Assembly: GCA_000708835.1 (NCBI GenBank)
Contig: DF237266.1
Span: 39,314-103,313, forward strand
DNA length: 64,000 nucleotides
From: Klebsormidium nitens
Taxonomy: Eukaryota > Plantae > Klebsormidiophyceae
Direction: 5' to 3'
Part shown: piece after piece, positions 52,401 to 64,000 of the stretch
How positions within the stretch are numbered: position 1 is the stretch's first letter
Layout: every line of letters begins with the position of its first letter
Notes under the pieces: generated by a model
Databases searched by the model: none
Seen by the model: only the letters and a program-made list of their open reading frames with translations
What the model was told of the DNA's origin: nothing
Position numbers and translations under genes: made by a program

Positions 52401-55400
52401 CCTGGGCATCGAAAAGTCGTGCAACTGGGGCGTGCCTGCCGCCAACGGCATCCCCGCAATCCGCGAACCGACTGAGCTCAGTCCGAGCTCTCACAAGACG
52501 GAAGGACAAGCTGCTTCTTTCGAACCGATCCAGGCTGGGGGCCTGGGCCTAGGAAAAGCGGAAGCGACGGAGCCCAAGGTTATCGCAAGCGTTTTTGAAA
52601 AGGAGCCGGCTGTGGAAGTTGCTGAGAAGAAGATGGTGTATCATGACAAGAGGCGGCCCGGGATTCGGCGAGGGAACGGGCCGGTGGTGAGTAGGGCAAC
52701 CAGTCAATGTGCTCGGAAAAGCGAATTGACAGGGAATTAGAAACACGTGTTACGAGCTGACAGGATTGGTGAAAGGACAGGTGTTTGCTATGGTTTGCAG
52801 GGTGGGTCTTTGCTACAAGCGGGATTAGCGAAAGTTGGTCGGCCGCATTGTGGATACATTTATGTGGCAAATTCCTATGCTGCTAACGATTTTGACTTGT
52901 TTGCTGGCATTGTGTCTTCGTGCAGCTTCGTGACTGACTTCAACATGCGACCGTAAATTGCATACGTTGACTTGCATTTGGAGTTCGGCCAGAGTGATGC
53001 ATCGGGCCTTTCACCCTGTACTACTAGTTTATCTCTGGGCGACAGTAGCCTCTTTTAGTGCCTGCACAGAAAGCCTTCTCTATATCCTGGAAAAATACAA
53101 GGAAAAGTTTTTCTTCAAAGATGGTTGGTCACCCGATCCGCCACTCGTACATGTTTCCAAGAGATCTTTCAGACCTCACTCCTGTAGTGAACGAACACGT
53201 CTAAGGCAATCTCGTTGGCCTTCTTCAGGTTTCGCTGGTGACGTCCCCCCTCCCTCAGACCTACCTCAAGCCGGAGGACATCCCCACGTCATACGACATC
53301 CGCAACCTGAGCGGCGTCAACTACGCAACCGCCAACCGCAACCAGCACATCCCCTCGTACTGCGGCTCCTGCTGGGCGCACGGCACGTCAAGCGCGCTCA
53401 GCGACCGCATCGCGCTGCACCGCAAGGGGGCCTGGCCTGAGGTCCAGCTGTCGCCCCAGGTCAGCGACAGATCCTGAAGTTGGACTTGTAAACAATGTCC
53501 TTGGATCCAGTCAAGTGTCAGGTTGCTTTGCTTCAGCGAGTCTGATTCTTCCCGCTCAACAATTGAAGCGGTTGAGGAGAACCGGAAGGGCCAGCGACCG
53601 GATTGGTTCTAATTACTGGCTTTCTGATACGCCATACGGTTGACGTTACAGGCTGCAAGAAGATTGCCAGTCGCAGCGGCTGACGCTTCTGTTTTGAGTT
53701 ATATTTGTATCAGGCAGACACTCGCAGACCAACAGGCCATTTGCACGCACTTAATTTTAGGAATACGTCCACCTCTGCCAGGCCGTGTTGACGTTCTTTG
53801 ACGCTCAAGTTTCACTTTTCAAAAGACAGGCCTGACATTGCCGTTGCTTCTGTCCACAGGTGCTGGTCAACTGCGTGACCGACGATGACACCAAAGGGTG
53901 CAACGGCGGAAGCCCGACGGCTGCTTACGCGTGGGTGAGTTGGCTTGTCCAGTTGACAAGAGCACAATTTTGAAAAACTATGTCGAGGAGTCCCGGTGAG
54001 GAGCGGACCCGAGATAGAGACTTGGTTTCGGAAGCCAGCCACGTCTATAATAAGGATTGAATGAGCCAGCAATTGACTGAAAAGAGAGCCCAAGGTCCGG
54101 AGCGGAAGGATGGTTGCACGCCTTGAACATAGCTGGAGATCGGAGAAACAGAGCGGACACGAGCTAAAGTTTTTCAGGGGGCTAGCATGGATGTGGAGCC
54201 AGACAGTTGACGAGAAGTGTAGAGGACATCCTTTCAAACAGCCGCTTCTAAGTTGGCACTACATGAACGGACGATTCACCGTAGCCTTGACGGACTGCTG
54301 AATCAGCATAGTTCAACTCGTCCTTCTTTTTACGGGCACTAACAGATATTTGCAAGAGATAGCACTAAATTTATTGCCCTTTGGCTTCGCGCTTCCCCGA
54401 GGAATTCGTGTATTTATAACATGCGCAGTTGCCTAAGCGGCTCCATTTGATTGCCTGCAGATTGCGAAGAACGGCCTCTCTGACGAGACCTGCCAGAATT
54501 ACCAGGTCAGTCTTGTCTACTTTACTCAGCTCTACTTTCGTCAGAGGTACCAGGGGTTTCGCTGCGCCTTGAGTTGTTTTCATTGCAACGATCCAGGCTT
54601 AATCATGTGTGTCGACAATCATCTGGGGCCCGGAAAATGCTTTTTGGTGGACTGTTCGTACTACGACCGCTGTGGAATCGGCCACTCTGCAGCACGCTAG
54701 AGCGGAACCTAAATCCTCAAAACCAAATATTTGATAAAGCCAATGGGCTAGCACGACCTGGAGTTGTCTAAGATAATGTAGCCCAGTTTGATTGTCGACA
54801 CACATATATTGTGCGGCTTTTGCACACAATCGTGCTGTCTCTGAGTGTCTTCTTCCGCTTTGGTCTCGCAGGCCAAGGATCTGAGCTGCAGCGCCCTTCA
54901 CCAGTGCGAGAACTGCAGCCCCGAGAAAGGATGCTGGGCCGTCGAGGTAAGGCTCGAAATCAATCTTTGGATTGAGAAGTGGAAACGAAAACAGGGTGCT
55001 TGCGGTTCTTCTCCTCTTTGGAAACCCGGGCCAGAATGACCAGAGGGATTTTCGTGGTTTGGACAGGCGATATTTGGCTGACCGTAGAATGACAGGCAAA
55101 CGGTTTGGACGCAGTGCAAAGGCGCTGTACGTTGACTACTTCGGCATTGCAAGGTTCTGAGTTTTCCTGCTTTCTTTGCGCCCGAGCTCTTCGCGACTCT
55201 CGTGAAATACCAGGCTGTGGTCTGCATAGTTGGAGACGACACTACCAGATTTTCGAAGCAGTCTGTGGGTAATGAGGGTTTTTGTTATTCTGGTCCAGTA
55301 ATCATGAAGCCCACGGCTGTGTGCTGGTACGGAAGAGTCTTCGGCATCAACCGGAAACTTTGCTAACGTCCACACCTCTTTCCTTTTTTGTGCAGAAGTA

Positions 55401-56512
55401 CCAGAAATGGACCGTTAGTGAGTTCGGCATTGTTAGCGGAGAAGAGGCGATGCTCGCTGAGGTAAGCCAGACAAAATCGCCGTTAGGCACGTACTTGACT
55501 ACCCACTTGCAAGCTGGGTTCGGTTCAGTGCCAAGCTCGAAAGAGGAGCCTGACAGCTTGTCTCCGGGGACAAGCTGCCCGCAAAAACAGGGCTTCGAAA
55601 GCCCTTGTTGTCATAGCCCCGAAAACTAGCTAGACCCGTTATTGCACAAGCCTCACCATGCTTTCGCTGCCCCGCAGCTCGAGACACTGTGCCCATTGTA
55701 GTGAGCGCCAATTGACCGTTCCTCCGTATCGATTTCTTCAACTCTTGCTCCTAAGCCAGTGAGTTGCAATGAAGTCCCCCACCAGCTCTTCGATCAATTT
55801 GAGCATTCGAAGCACGGGCAACAGGAATCTTTAAATCATTGCTTCTCAGTTTTAAGCTAGCATTGACCTATTGCCACATCCTCTAGATTACTGCGCGCGG
55901 CCCGATGGCCTGCGGCATGTGCGTGACGCCCGAGTTCGAGGCGTACTCGGGCGGCATCTTCAACGACACCACCGGCTGCACCGAGGAAGACCACGACATT
56001 TCTATTGCTGGCTTCGGGGAGGAGAACGGCGTCAAGTACTGGATCGGGCGCAACTCGTGGGGCACCTACTGGTACGGCGCCGTCTCCTGTGCTTCGTAGA
56101 CATCGCAGCAGGTTGTCTTGCCTTCATCCAGATTCGAGATGTTCCCTGCGGGCTTCACCGGACTCTGTGCGTGGAAGACATTCAGGACGAGCTTTCGTCC
56201 CCTGCATGGTTTGCCAAGTCGCGAAGCTGCACCCAGCAGCTCTTCGGTTCCTGTAAAAGGTCGGGTAAAAGTTGCGTGCACCTTTGGCGTCTTTGGGCAT
56301 CGAAGCGTCGATTGCTGGGTTACTTTGCATGGTCTGGAGACGGGTTTCTGCCCATTTTGAAGGCAGCAAGACGTCCCTCATTCTGGGGGGCCGACTGACG
56401 AGGGTGAGCTTTGCTTTGCAGGGGTGAGGGCGGATGGTTCCGTATTGTGCGCGGCACGAACAACCTGGGCATTGAGAACAGATGCGACTGGGCAGTACCA
56501 AAGCTCGCTTAA
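49498..56512 (+). CDS. Secreted papain-family (C1A) protease with two tandem cathepsin X/Z domains
   Basis: Signal peptide [25 protein letters not shown]. Domain 1: [34 protein letters not shown]. In-frame linker (donor after 52686, acceptor at 53229). Domain 2: [34 protein letters not shown], stop TAA at 56510-56512. Confidence 0.92.
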
Positions 56513-56599
56513 TCTGACCTTCACTGACCATACGCCAGGGGGCTATCACAAACGCGGACCGACGAAAACACAGCACTTAGTGCTGCCTCAGAATATTGA

Positions 56600-57950
56600 A
56601 CAAGAAGGTGCAGGGGTATTGTGCACATTCGCTAGCTGCTTACGCAACCTTAGCCGCATTCCAATTGTATGTACATTTCTTTAGGTCCATTGGCTCCTCA
56701 AGCAAGTCGCTGTAAGTATTCTGTGGCTGACGGGAATGGGCAGGGACGGGTCATCAGTGCACTTCATAAGGGTCCCTTGCCGTCTTTGTATAGGTCTAGC
56801 TGACGTAGTCGACATTCCTGGTGTCTGGTTGGCAACCTTAAATAGCTAGGCTCTCGGCAGACCTGACTTGGGATATACAAAAGGTATGTACAGGTTCCAC
56901 CGAAGATGTAAAGATTCTTATGCATGACGTTAGGGTGATTGACTGCCTATAGGCAGGTACGTGCAGGTGGCGACAGCCAGCCACTGTTGGACCTTTCTTA
57001 TGCTTCAGGTATTGTGAAAGTGTCTTGTATATAATACGTGTGCCAGAAGTACTTTGTATGCGCGGGCTCAGAGCCAACCGATCAGATGATTGTGTACACC
57101 CGGTGACGTATATATATGCATGGCAGGCTGCCGCGCGGCAAATTCAAACTCGACGGTGTGTCTATAGCTGCGCAGAAATTAGAATGTTGTGTGTGCCTGC
57201 ATATATGATGATGCCGCATACTAACACCATACCGCGTACCGTCCGCACTCAGTGCCGTACGTACAGGCTGGTATGCAGCGTGCCAGGCGTACACGTGGAC
57301 GAGAAAATATCATACATGTGGACAACATCAGTACGTGCGAATCTCTAGGGCTGCCACTAGGCCCGGCCCACTGTCAGACATCATGCCATTCAAGCATAAT
57401 TGCGAAACTTCATCACGTCGGAACTTACATATCATATGCTGGGCTCATGATATGTCTATTTAGACGCTGGTGGCAATGATGATCAAGCATGTTGCAAGTC
57501 GGCTGTCTCAATTGCATGTGCCGCGGACAGGCGTGCACCGGCGCCCCGCATGTAGCTATCGCATATATATACAGGCCTCATATGTGCCGTTAATAACGAA
57601 CCGTCCTGACCGTTGGTCATTGACGTCAAAGTCACAGTGCCGCCCAGCTGCGAGGCTAAGTTGCACTGCACTGTCTGCGGGCCCGTTGACGAATCATGGC
57701 AAGCCTCTCCGTGTCAGAAAAATGTAATTGCTTTAGTGTAGGGCATACGATGATATCGTATATGAAAGTGCCAGGCGCAGCAGTCGCTCAGATCGCGCTT
57801 GAGATGCAGTTGACGAGCCGGTTCAACAAGTACCGTACGGTACAGGCAGCCCAATAATGAGCTGAATGTGAGGCAGCTGGTTAAATCGGACAAAGGCCCG
57901 CCGCACACAAATCAGAATATACGATAGATGTAACCATTAAGATACAATAG
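56600..57950. other. Palindrome-dense, RY-alternating intergenic island between convergent genes (similar islands at about 14100-14900, 23900-24900, 35500-36100, 40700-41550)
   Basis: Perfect palindromes CTGCCTATAGGCAG (56943-56956), TGCCGCGCGGCA (57129-57140), TTGACGTCAA (57620-57629), GTACCGTACGGTAC (57830-57843), plus many CATG, TGCA, TATA and GTAC words; no credible ORF. Confidence 0.6.
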
Positions 57951-58011
57951 AAAATCTTTGAAGGGTAAGGGCAGGACCCCTTACTCAATCTGGAAAGCGG
58001 CTGTTGCCTTG

Positions 58012-61000
58012 TCAATTCCGGACCGACGCCTGCCCCAAGTTCTTCCTATTCCAGGACAGGTAGCGCGTGTCGCCCAAGTCCCGCGGGTTTTTGAGGTGCA
58101 CCAGCAGGAAGACGACGCACAAGAAGAAGCTCAAGCTGCCCACGGTCAGGTACGCAATCCCGAGGAAGTCGTTCTTGCCGCCCAGCCACGACGTGGTGCT
58201 CAGCACCTGCACCGGAATCACAAATGGTCAGCATCAAAAAGTTCAGCTAGCAACGACATTTACAGGCTGAACTTCGGGACGTAGTGTTTGAGGGAGTCTT
58301 ACCGAATCTGCCATTGGTCAGAACTGTCAACCAAACTCGAATGAAGCTGATCTAGTAACCTCCTGAACTGAATTGAAAGTTCCAAAATGCTTTGACTGCT
58401 CTGTTGCCAGTGGGTCTGCGACCCAATCAGGCTGCCATCTTGGCTTTAAGTGCTCAACACATGGCCTCCTTAGAGACAGCCAAGGCCGACAGAGCACACG
58501 CGCTGATTGTAGCAGAAGTTCTGGATCGAAAGCCAACTTGAGCAAACACTAATTAGCAGGTAAATGTCTCAAGCGGACGGGAGTTGAAGCGGTGTTTTTC
58601 CGAGCGACAGGGCACAAGGGAAAAGGACTGGACCGGAAAGATTTCGAGGGGGCGGACTAAAACGGGAAAGAACAAGAGAGAAAGGGACCAAAGGTAGAGC
58701 GAAAGAATCAAGCGCGGAAGGAGTGAGATGAGCCCACCAGCTTCTTCTGACCGTCGAAGCTGTAGGTGTTGTACAGATTCTGCAGGTCGACGGTAATGAC
58801 GTCACCCTTCTTGAGGGACTGCCCGATCTTGCCCCAAAGCTTGCGGAAGTGGGGCAGCGCCGCCACCCGCATCCACACGATGAAGTGCTCATCCTGGTTC
58901 ACCTGCGAAAAGAACGAAACTTGTCAAGATTCCACCAGGGGTCTGCGCTAGCGGCGGAGCTTCAACCGCTGATCTCGCTTCTTGAACTGCGCTTCGTGAA
59001 AAGTTGAACACCGTCGAAAGCTAACGCCAGCCAAGAAAACCTTCCTGGACCACAGAACGAAGCAAGTTGGCTCGTCGGACAACATGAACCGGAGGGTCGA
59101 GAGGGAGGGTGGCACATCCGCCGCAAACAGCTGTAGCGGATGAAAAAGCGCATGCCTCAGGTGCGTTGAAAGTCTGCAGGTCATCGCGTTTTCGGATTAA
59201 CGTGTTCTTGAAGCATTCGTGGAAAGGAACCTTGCCTAGACTCTTTGCAGATCAGCAAACATGATGTCCAAAGGGCTGCTTCAAAATGTCGTAAGTCAGT
59301 CGCCCCCAGAAGGGGCCTGATAGATTCGCATACTGGGCATCTTATGGCGAATAGTACTCCAAGCTCTACAGAGAGCGAACCTTCCAGAGCATGGTGCCCT
59401 TTGAAGCAGATGCAGAAAGCAAACGAAAATGCAGTACTTGAAGCTGATTCTCAGATCGCCGAACGCAAGTGCAACGCTCACGATAAGGAATTGAAAATCA
59501 ACCCGACTGCACTATTGACCAAAATCCGGTAGTAAACGAATGTAGTCGGCCCATCAAGTCAAGCTTTCTGCGATTCTCCACATGCCCACGTCAGCCGCAA
59601 GGGGAGTAATTTGCGCTCACAATGTTGGTGGAGTTATCGACGCCTCCAATTGGGGCGCCTCCCCGGAGCTCTGGGACAGTGTTGAAATTCTGGGGCTGAT
59701 AGGCGCCAAACTTGTCTTCCCGGTCGCTCTTCCAAGCAATGCCGGTCTGGGTAATGGGCACGTTAGCCCCATTCACCGCCATAGCGTATGTGTCTGGGGA
59801 CAGCAGAGAAATGGAGAAGTGGTCAAGAACGACAGTGGTCGTGGCAAAACTTGCTTCCGTAAGGAGCAAACATTGATTCTTTTTGCACAGATTTCCTTTT
59901 GATTGGCGGAAATATCTACAACGTAATGCGCAGTGGTGCGCAAGTGGTGATATCCATCAGGCTTCGTCATGATCAAATAAGGAGAAAAGAGAAAAAGGTC
60001 ATGAGGGCAGAATGAGCGAATGAAATTGGCAGAGAAGTAGGACAAACGCGTCTCTATGCTCTTATGAGAAGAGCGCATGCAGAGGTACTAAAAGGTGCAC
60101 GGAACATGGTGCACTCTTTGAAACGGCATCCGCTGAGAGGGAATGGCAAAGGACGCCCGCAACGTCGTGACTGGCGATAATGGAGCTTGTGAGCTGGTGA
60201 TGATAGATGAACAGAAACAATGCAGCCGCACCTCGTGCAGCGAGGCTTGATGCATGGACACTCCCAGCGACCTCCCTTATCTGGCTACTGGAATGTTTGC
60301 ATCCAAAATTGAAGAAGCGGAAGCTAAGACAAGAACGGAATCCGTCTAAACGTCAAAGGCCAATGGGACGTGGAAATAGCAGAAAGCATAAACATGCGGT
60401 GCCTTGCCAAGCTCTTCAAGATTCGCCCGGAGGCAGAACCGCAAAAGGGCCTCATTTGCCGACTCAGCAGCAATATCTCTTCGCTGGTCGCTTCTCACCG
60501 TTGAAGTAGCTCCACGCAATGAGGCCGCACGGGTTGATCTCGAAGCTCGTGTTTCCGCGCAGGAACGCCTCGGGCTTGCACGACGAGTCAATGGACGACT
60601 GGCTCGGGTTGTCCCCGCGCAGCTGCGTGTCGCTGCGGCTCTTCACGTACCTGTGATCAGAGGCCAGCGGGATGAGCGGAAACAGAAACGGAACCAAAAC
60701 GAGCCTGCCAAAGGCATGGAAGGAATCTTCTTCGCCAATACCCTTGCCGTGGCAACTTAGACAATGTCCGTTCTATGAGCAGCGTTTCCTGAATGCACGT
60801 CTGCTTGGAAGTCGAGTGCTGTGAGGCCCATGATCCACATAAGAAGAGCTTACCTTCTGTGGTTCTGATAGAAGTTATCCAGCTCGTAGTAAACATACAC
60901 TGGGGCGTCCATGTCCTTGTTGACCTGCAAAAGTCAATCCGAACGGTCAGCACAGCCATCAAGACAACCATGCTCAAAGCGAAGTGCCAAGCTGGACAGT

Positions 61001-62212
61001 GCCTACCAAGGGCAATCTTTTCAACGGCCAGTAATGCAGTGCGTATTGAGGGGAACTTGCAGGCAGATATGAAGTGCACTTGTCTGTATTCTAAGGATCT
61101 GAATCCTCAAGGTACGCCAAAAAAAATGAGCGTCAAACTCACCGTAATAGTCAGGCTGCAAGCCTTGTTTGTGTTGACGTCCTGGACATATGCTTCTTTA
61201 GCGGTGTTGTTCAACAGCGTTGATAAGCATGCATCGTCATACCGCTGAACAATCTCCACGACCTGCAAAAACAAGGATTAAAATCCATGAGAAACTCTGA
61301 AGGCTATTCTTGAGACCTGCCCGCCATGGCTGGATGGCTTGATACTGCTGGCATCATCTGCTGAAAGAACAAAAGAGCATGACAGACTCCGTCGTGGTCG
61401 ACCCTGTCGTATCTGCCAAAACAGGCCCAAGGGTTTCGAATGTAATAGTTGCACCGCAACTGTCTGAACCCATCATACGGCCAAGTCAATGAACTGAACT
61501 ACTCCACATCGGAAGCCCATCGCTAGGATCCAAATAAAATCAGAATCCGGCAAAGCTGTATGCGGGCTTTGACCAAGTGACAGACAACCAAACAGACGAG
61601 CCCGGTAGGCCCTTCTTCCCAGCAGAAATTTGTGAATCGACGCTCAGCGGACCCTCACCTAATGAAAAGCACCTCGGAACTGACCGATCAAAACTTGTCA
61701 ACAAGCAAGAAGGGGTAACTCACTCCTCTGGAGGCGACCAGGGCGGCCGCGCCAATGGGGATGAAGACAACGCCCACGATGAAGAAGGAAAAGATGACCC
61801 ACTTCGGGGTGAGGAGCGGTTTGCACGCCGGCAGCTCTTGCTGCGTAAACTTGGTATCTGGAAGAAAACACATGAGTTGGATCAGAGCCTTTGGGGGCTC
61901 ATTTGTACATGGACTTCTGAAATGTATGCCGGAGAAAGGCTAGCCTGTCTTTCCTGCTGGCTTACCGAGTCCGAGCTCCTGGATACAAAGCTGCTCAACC
62001 GCTGATTTTCAAAGAATCGCCCCAAGCCTGCAAGATTGATGCAAGCCTGATAGCCAGTGATGCAGGACTGAGGGAAGAATTGGATGATCCCTGGAAGTCT
62101 GCCGAACGCCAAGATTGAAATCCTCACATTTTGGTTTTTTTGAGGCCTTCTTGGCCACCGTCCCGCCTTCTGGAACAGGCTCCCCTGGGGGTGTCACGAC
62201 CGCAGCGTCCAT
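58012..62212 (-). CDS. ALIS: CDC50/LEM3 family P4-ATPase flippase beta subunit (ALA-interacting subunit)
   Basis: SKKPK|[39 protein letters not shown]|[71 protein letters not shown]...[13 protein letters not shown]. Confidence 0.95.
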
Positions 62213-63492
62213 GACAAGAGGCTAACCTGGTGCAGAACCTTCAGGTGTCTCAGAAAATACTTCAATCGAGACTGTCCACCCAGCATATACATACCAGAGC
62301 TCAGCATTGAAGTTTGCAAGTCGTTCTTGATGATTGTACCGTATCTTGTCATTGGTTTTGTTCCTTCAATTTTGCAATGTGGGACATATCCACTGCGAGG
62401 AGCATACATAGAAGCTAAGATTTAGACATTTGCAGAGCACACCAAAGGAGGGCCTCGCTCAAAACCATGCCTTGGAGATTGAAAGACTAGCAATGACTGA
62501 ACAGAGCTCAGATGTGACAAATGTGCAGCGATACGGGAGCTGCACAACCTGTCAGTAACAGCAGTGCAAAGTCTACCAAACTGGTCGCCCCTGAGGTTGC
62601 TCAATCTGATAGACTCGACCGTGTGCTGCTTTGAGAATATAAATATACTGAAGGGGCTTTTCTGCGGCGAGGAAGGTTGCTCTAATTTCGGATAGATCTC
62701 TCTGTACATTTGACAATCACAATATCCATCGACACATGTCATTGTAGGTACTCATGACGATCAGTGGAAGCAACATCATTCCTGTCCCTGTCCCCGTAGT
62801 CAGTTCTCAACACGAGAGGGAACTGCTTCAAAATCACACCGCCCTTTACTTGATTGTAGCTGACTCGGTAGCGTCCTTATTCAACTCAGGCCCACCAGTC
62901 CTAAGCTGTAGCAATTGTGTTCTCCTGAGTCAAGTGAAATCCGTTTTCTCGGTCCAAATCTTGCAGCAGCGACGTGACCAAAGCCCTGCCAGTCAAATGA
63001 ATATTCTATCGGTTCTTACCAGACCAGATGGGACCCTTCGCACCCTCTGCTTGACTCCCTGTCCGAGCCCCCTTTTGTTCGGGCGCAGCGCAGCACAAGC
63101 AGATTCTTGGGAACGTCTTCTACTCAGAGTCAAAGATCCAAAGACACCAGACTCCAAGTTCGACCACCCTCTCTGCCTTCACTGTCAGTTCTCATTTTCT
63201 GACAGCGGTCTAGTACCGTATACGGTATAGTATAGCTGTGGCACTGCTCGCGTCAGAGGGACGACCGCAAGCGCTAGGGTTCAGCTTCCTCCCTGTCCCA
63301 GATGCTTCGGCGAAGTTAGGGTTGCACTGGCAGCAATGCAGTCGTGAGTTCCGTCATGAATGCAACATGACATGGTGGCCCACGTGAAGAATCGATGTCT
63401 CAAAGACCACCCTCGTCTTTATCGACGAACACCATGGATCCAGGATCACACAGTGCCGCTGCCAGCCTGCGCCTAAATCGAATCCCCTCACG

Positions 63493-63888
63493 CAGAGGGC
63501 GCAAGCACCCGCGATTTCCCAGCCAAAAGGGCTCCGCAAGCAAAAACGCAGGTGTGGCAAACTGCTATAAGACAACTGCCCACATGTTCCAGTGTGCTCC
63601 TTTAGGTATCCATAAGCCCTCGGCAAGTTTCCGCCATGTTTCCTTGCTATCTGACGGGTTTGTTTGCTGGTCGGAAAATGGTGCAATAGCTGGGTCAACG
63701 CTGCGTTGACCAGGCTTGCCTTTCCTACCAAGGGCTCCACCGCTCAGGCAGGCTTGAAAATTGGTACATATGTCGATAACATCACATGTAAGACCCTGCC
63801 AAATTTGGTATAAGCCCCCACGGTGGAGCCCCTTATCTCTGCTCGCGAGTGCACCCCATTTTTTTTGGCTGGGTGCTTGCGCCCTCTG
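63493..63888. mobile_element. Non-autonomous hAT-type MITE (396 bp)
   Basis: Perfect 18-bp terminal inverted repeats CAGAGGGCGCAAGCACCC (63493-63510) and GGGTGCTTGCGCCCTCTG (63871-63888); perfect 8-bp direct repeat CCCTCACG on both flanks (63485-63492, 63889-63896); no recognisable transposase coding sequence inside. An 8-bp TSD with a YAG-starting TIR is the established hAT signature. Confidence 0.88.
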
Positions 63889-64000
63889 CCCTCACGTACC
63901 TGGGTCGGGTTCACATTGGGCTTTTGGCCATGATTCGGTCTGCCTTGATTCACAATTGGAAGTACCCATGCTGACGTTTCAGCAGTTTCGGATTACAGTA

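Noticed and set aside
62754-63230. 158-codon plus-strand ORF upstream of ALIS
   Set aside because: Antisense to the probable ALIS leader/promoter region, with no family motif or coding-like codon pattern.
63354-63953. ORFs 63354-63740, 63395-63709 and 63744-63953 as a possible thirteenth gene
   Set aside because: They overlap the MITE; the repeated GACALC peptide on opposite strands is simply the TIR sequence.

Overview
Intron-rich eukaryotic nuclear DNA (GT-AG introns, mostly a few hundred bp) from a green-lineage organism. Plant-type genes (PPD5, tonoplast sugar transporter, ALIS, SRT1) sit next to a ciliary PG-repeat gene and a cathepsin X, which points to a flagellate-capable streptophyte alga such as Klebsormidium (inference). 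I assembled 12 spliced protein-coding genes by hand: an SVOP/OCT7-like MFS transporter (runs off the left edge), PPD5, a membrane-anchored Canopy/saposin-like protein, a SHIPPO/ODF3-like ciliary protein, mitochondrial ATP synthase subunit d, a TST sugar transporter, a DarP/YjgA-like protein, an EF-hand-related membrane protein, a DCC1-like thioredoxin-fold protein, sirtuin SRT1, a two-domain cathepsin X/Z and a CDC50/ALIS flippase subunit. There is also a 396-bp hAT-type MITE with perfect TIRs and an 8-bp TSD. Most ORF-track entries are exon fragments, antisense shadows or chance ORFs. The most unusual signals are: (1) a repeating layout of near-strict strand alternation, with short divergent promoters, CpG-poor gene 5' ends, CpG/GC3-rich downstream regions and palindrome-dense islands in the convergent spacers; (2) the tandem cathepsin X with two intact catalytic triads; (3) the TM-anchored Canopy-like protein with a KxKxx tail. 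All family calls come from recognising motifs from memory, with no database search. No tRNA, rRNA or CRISPR arrays were found.
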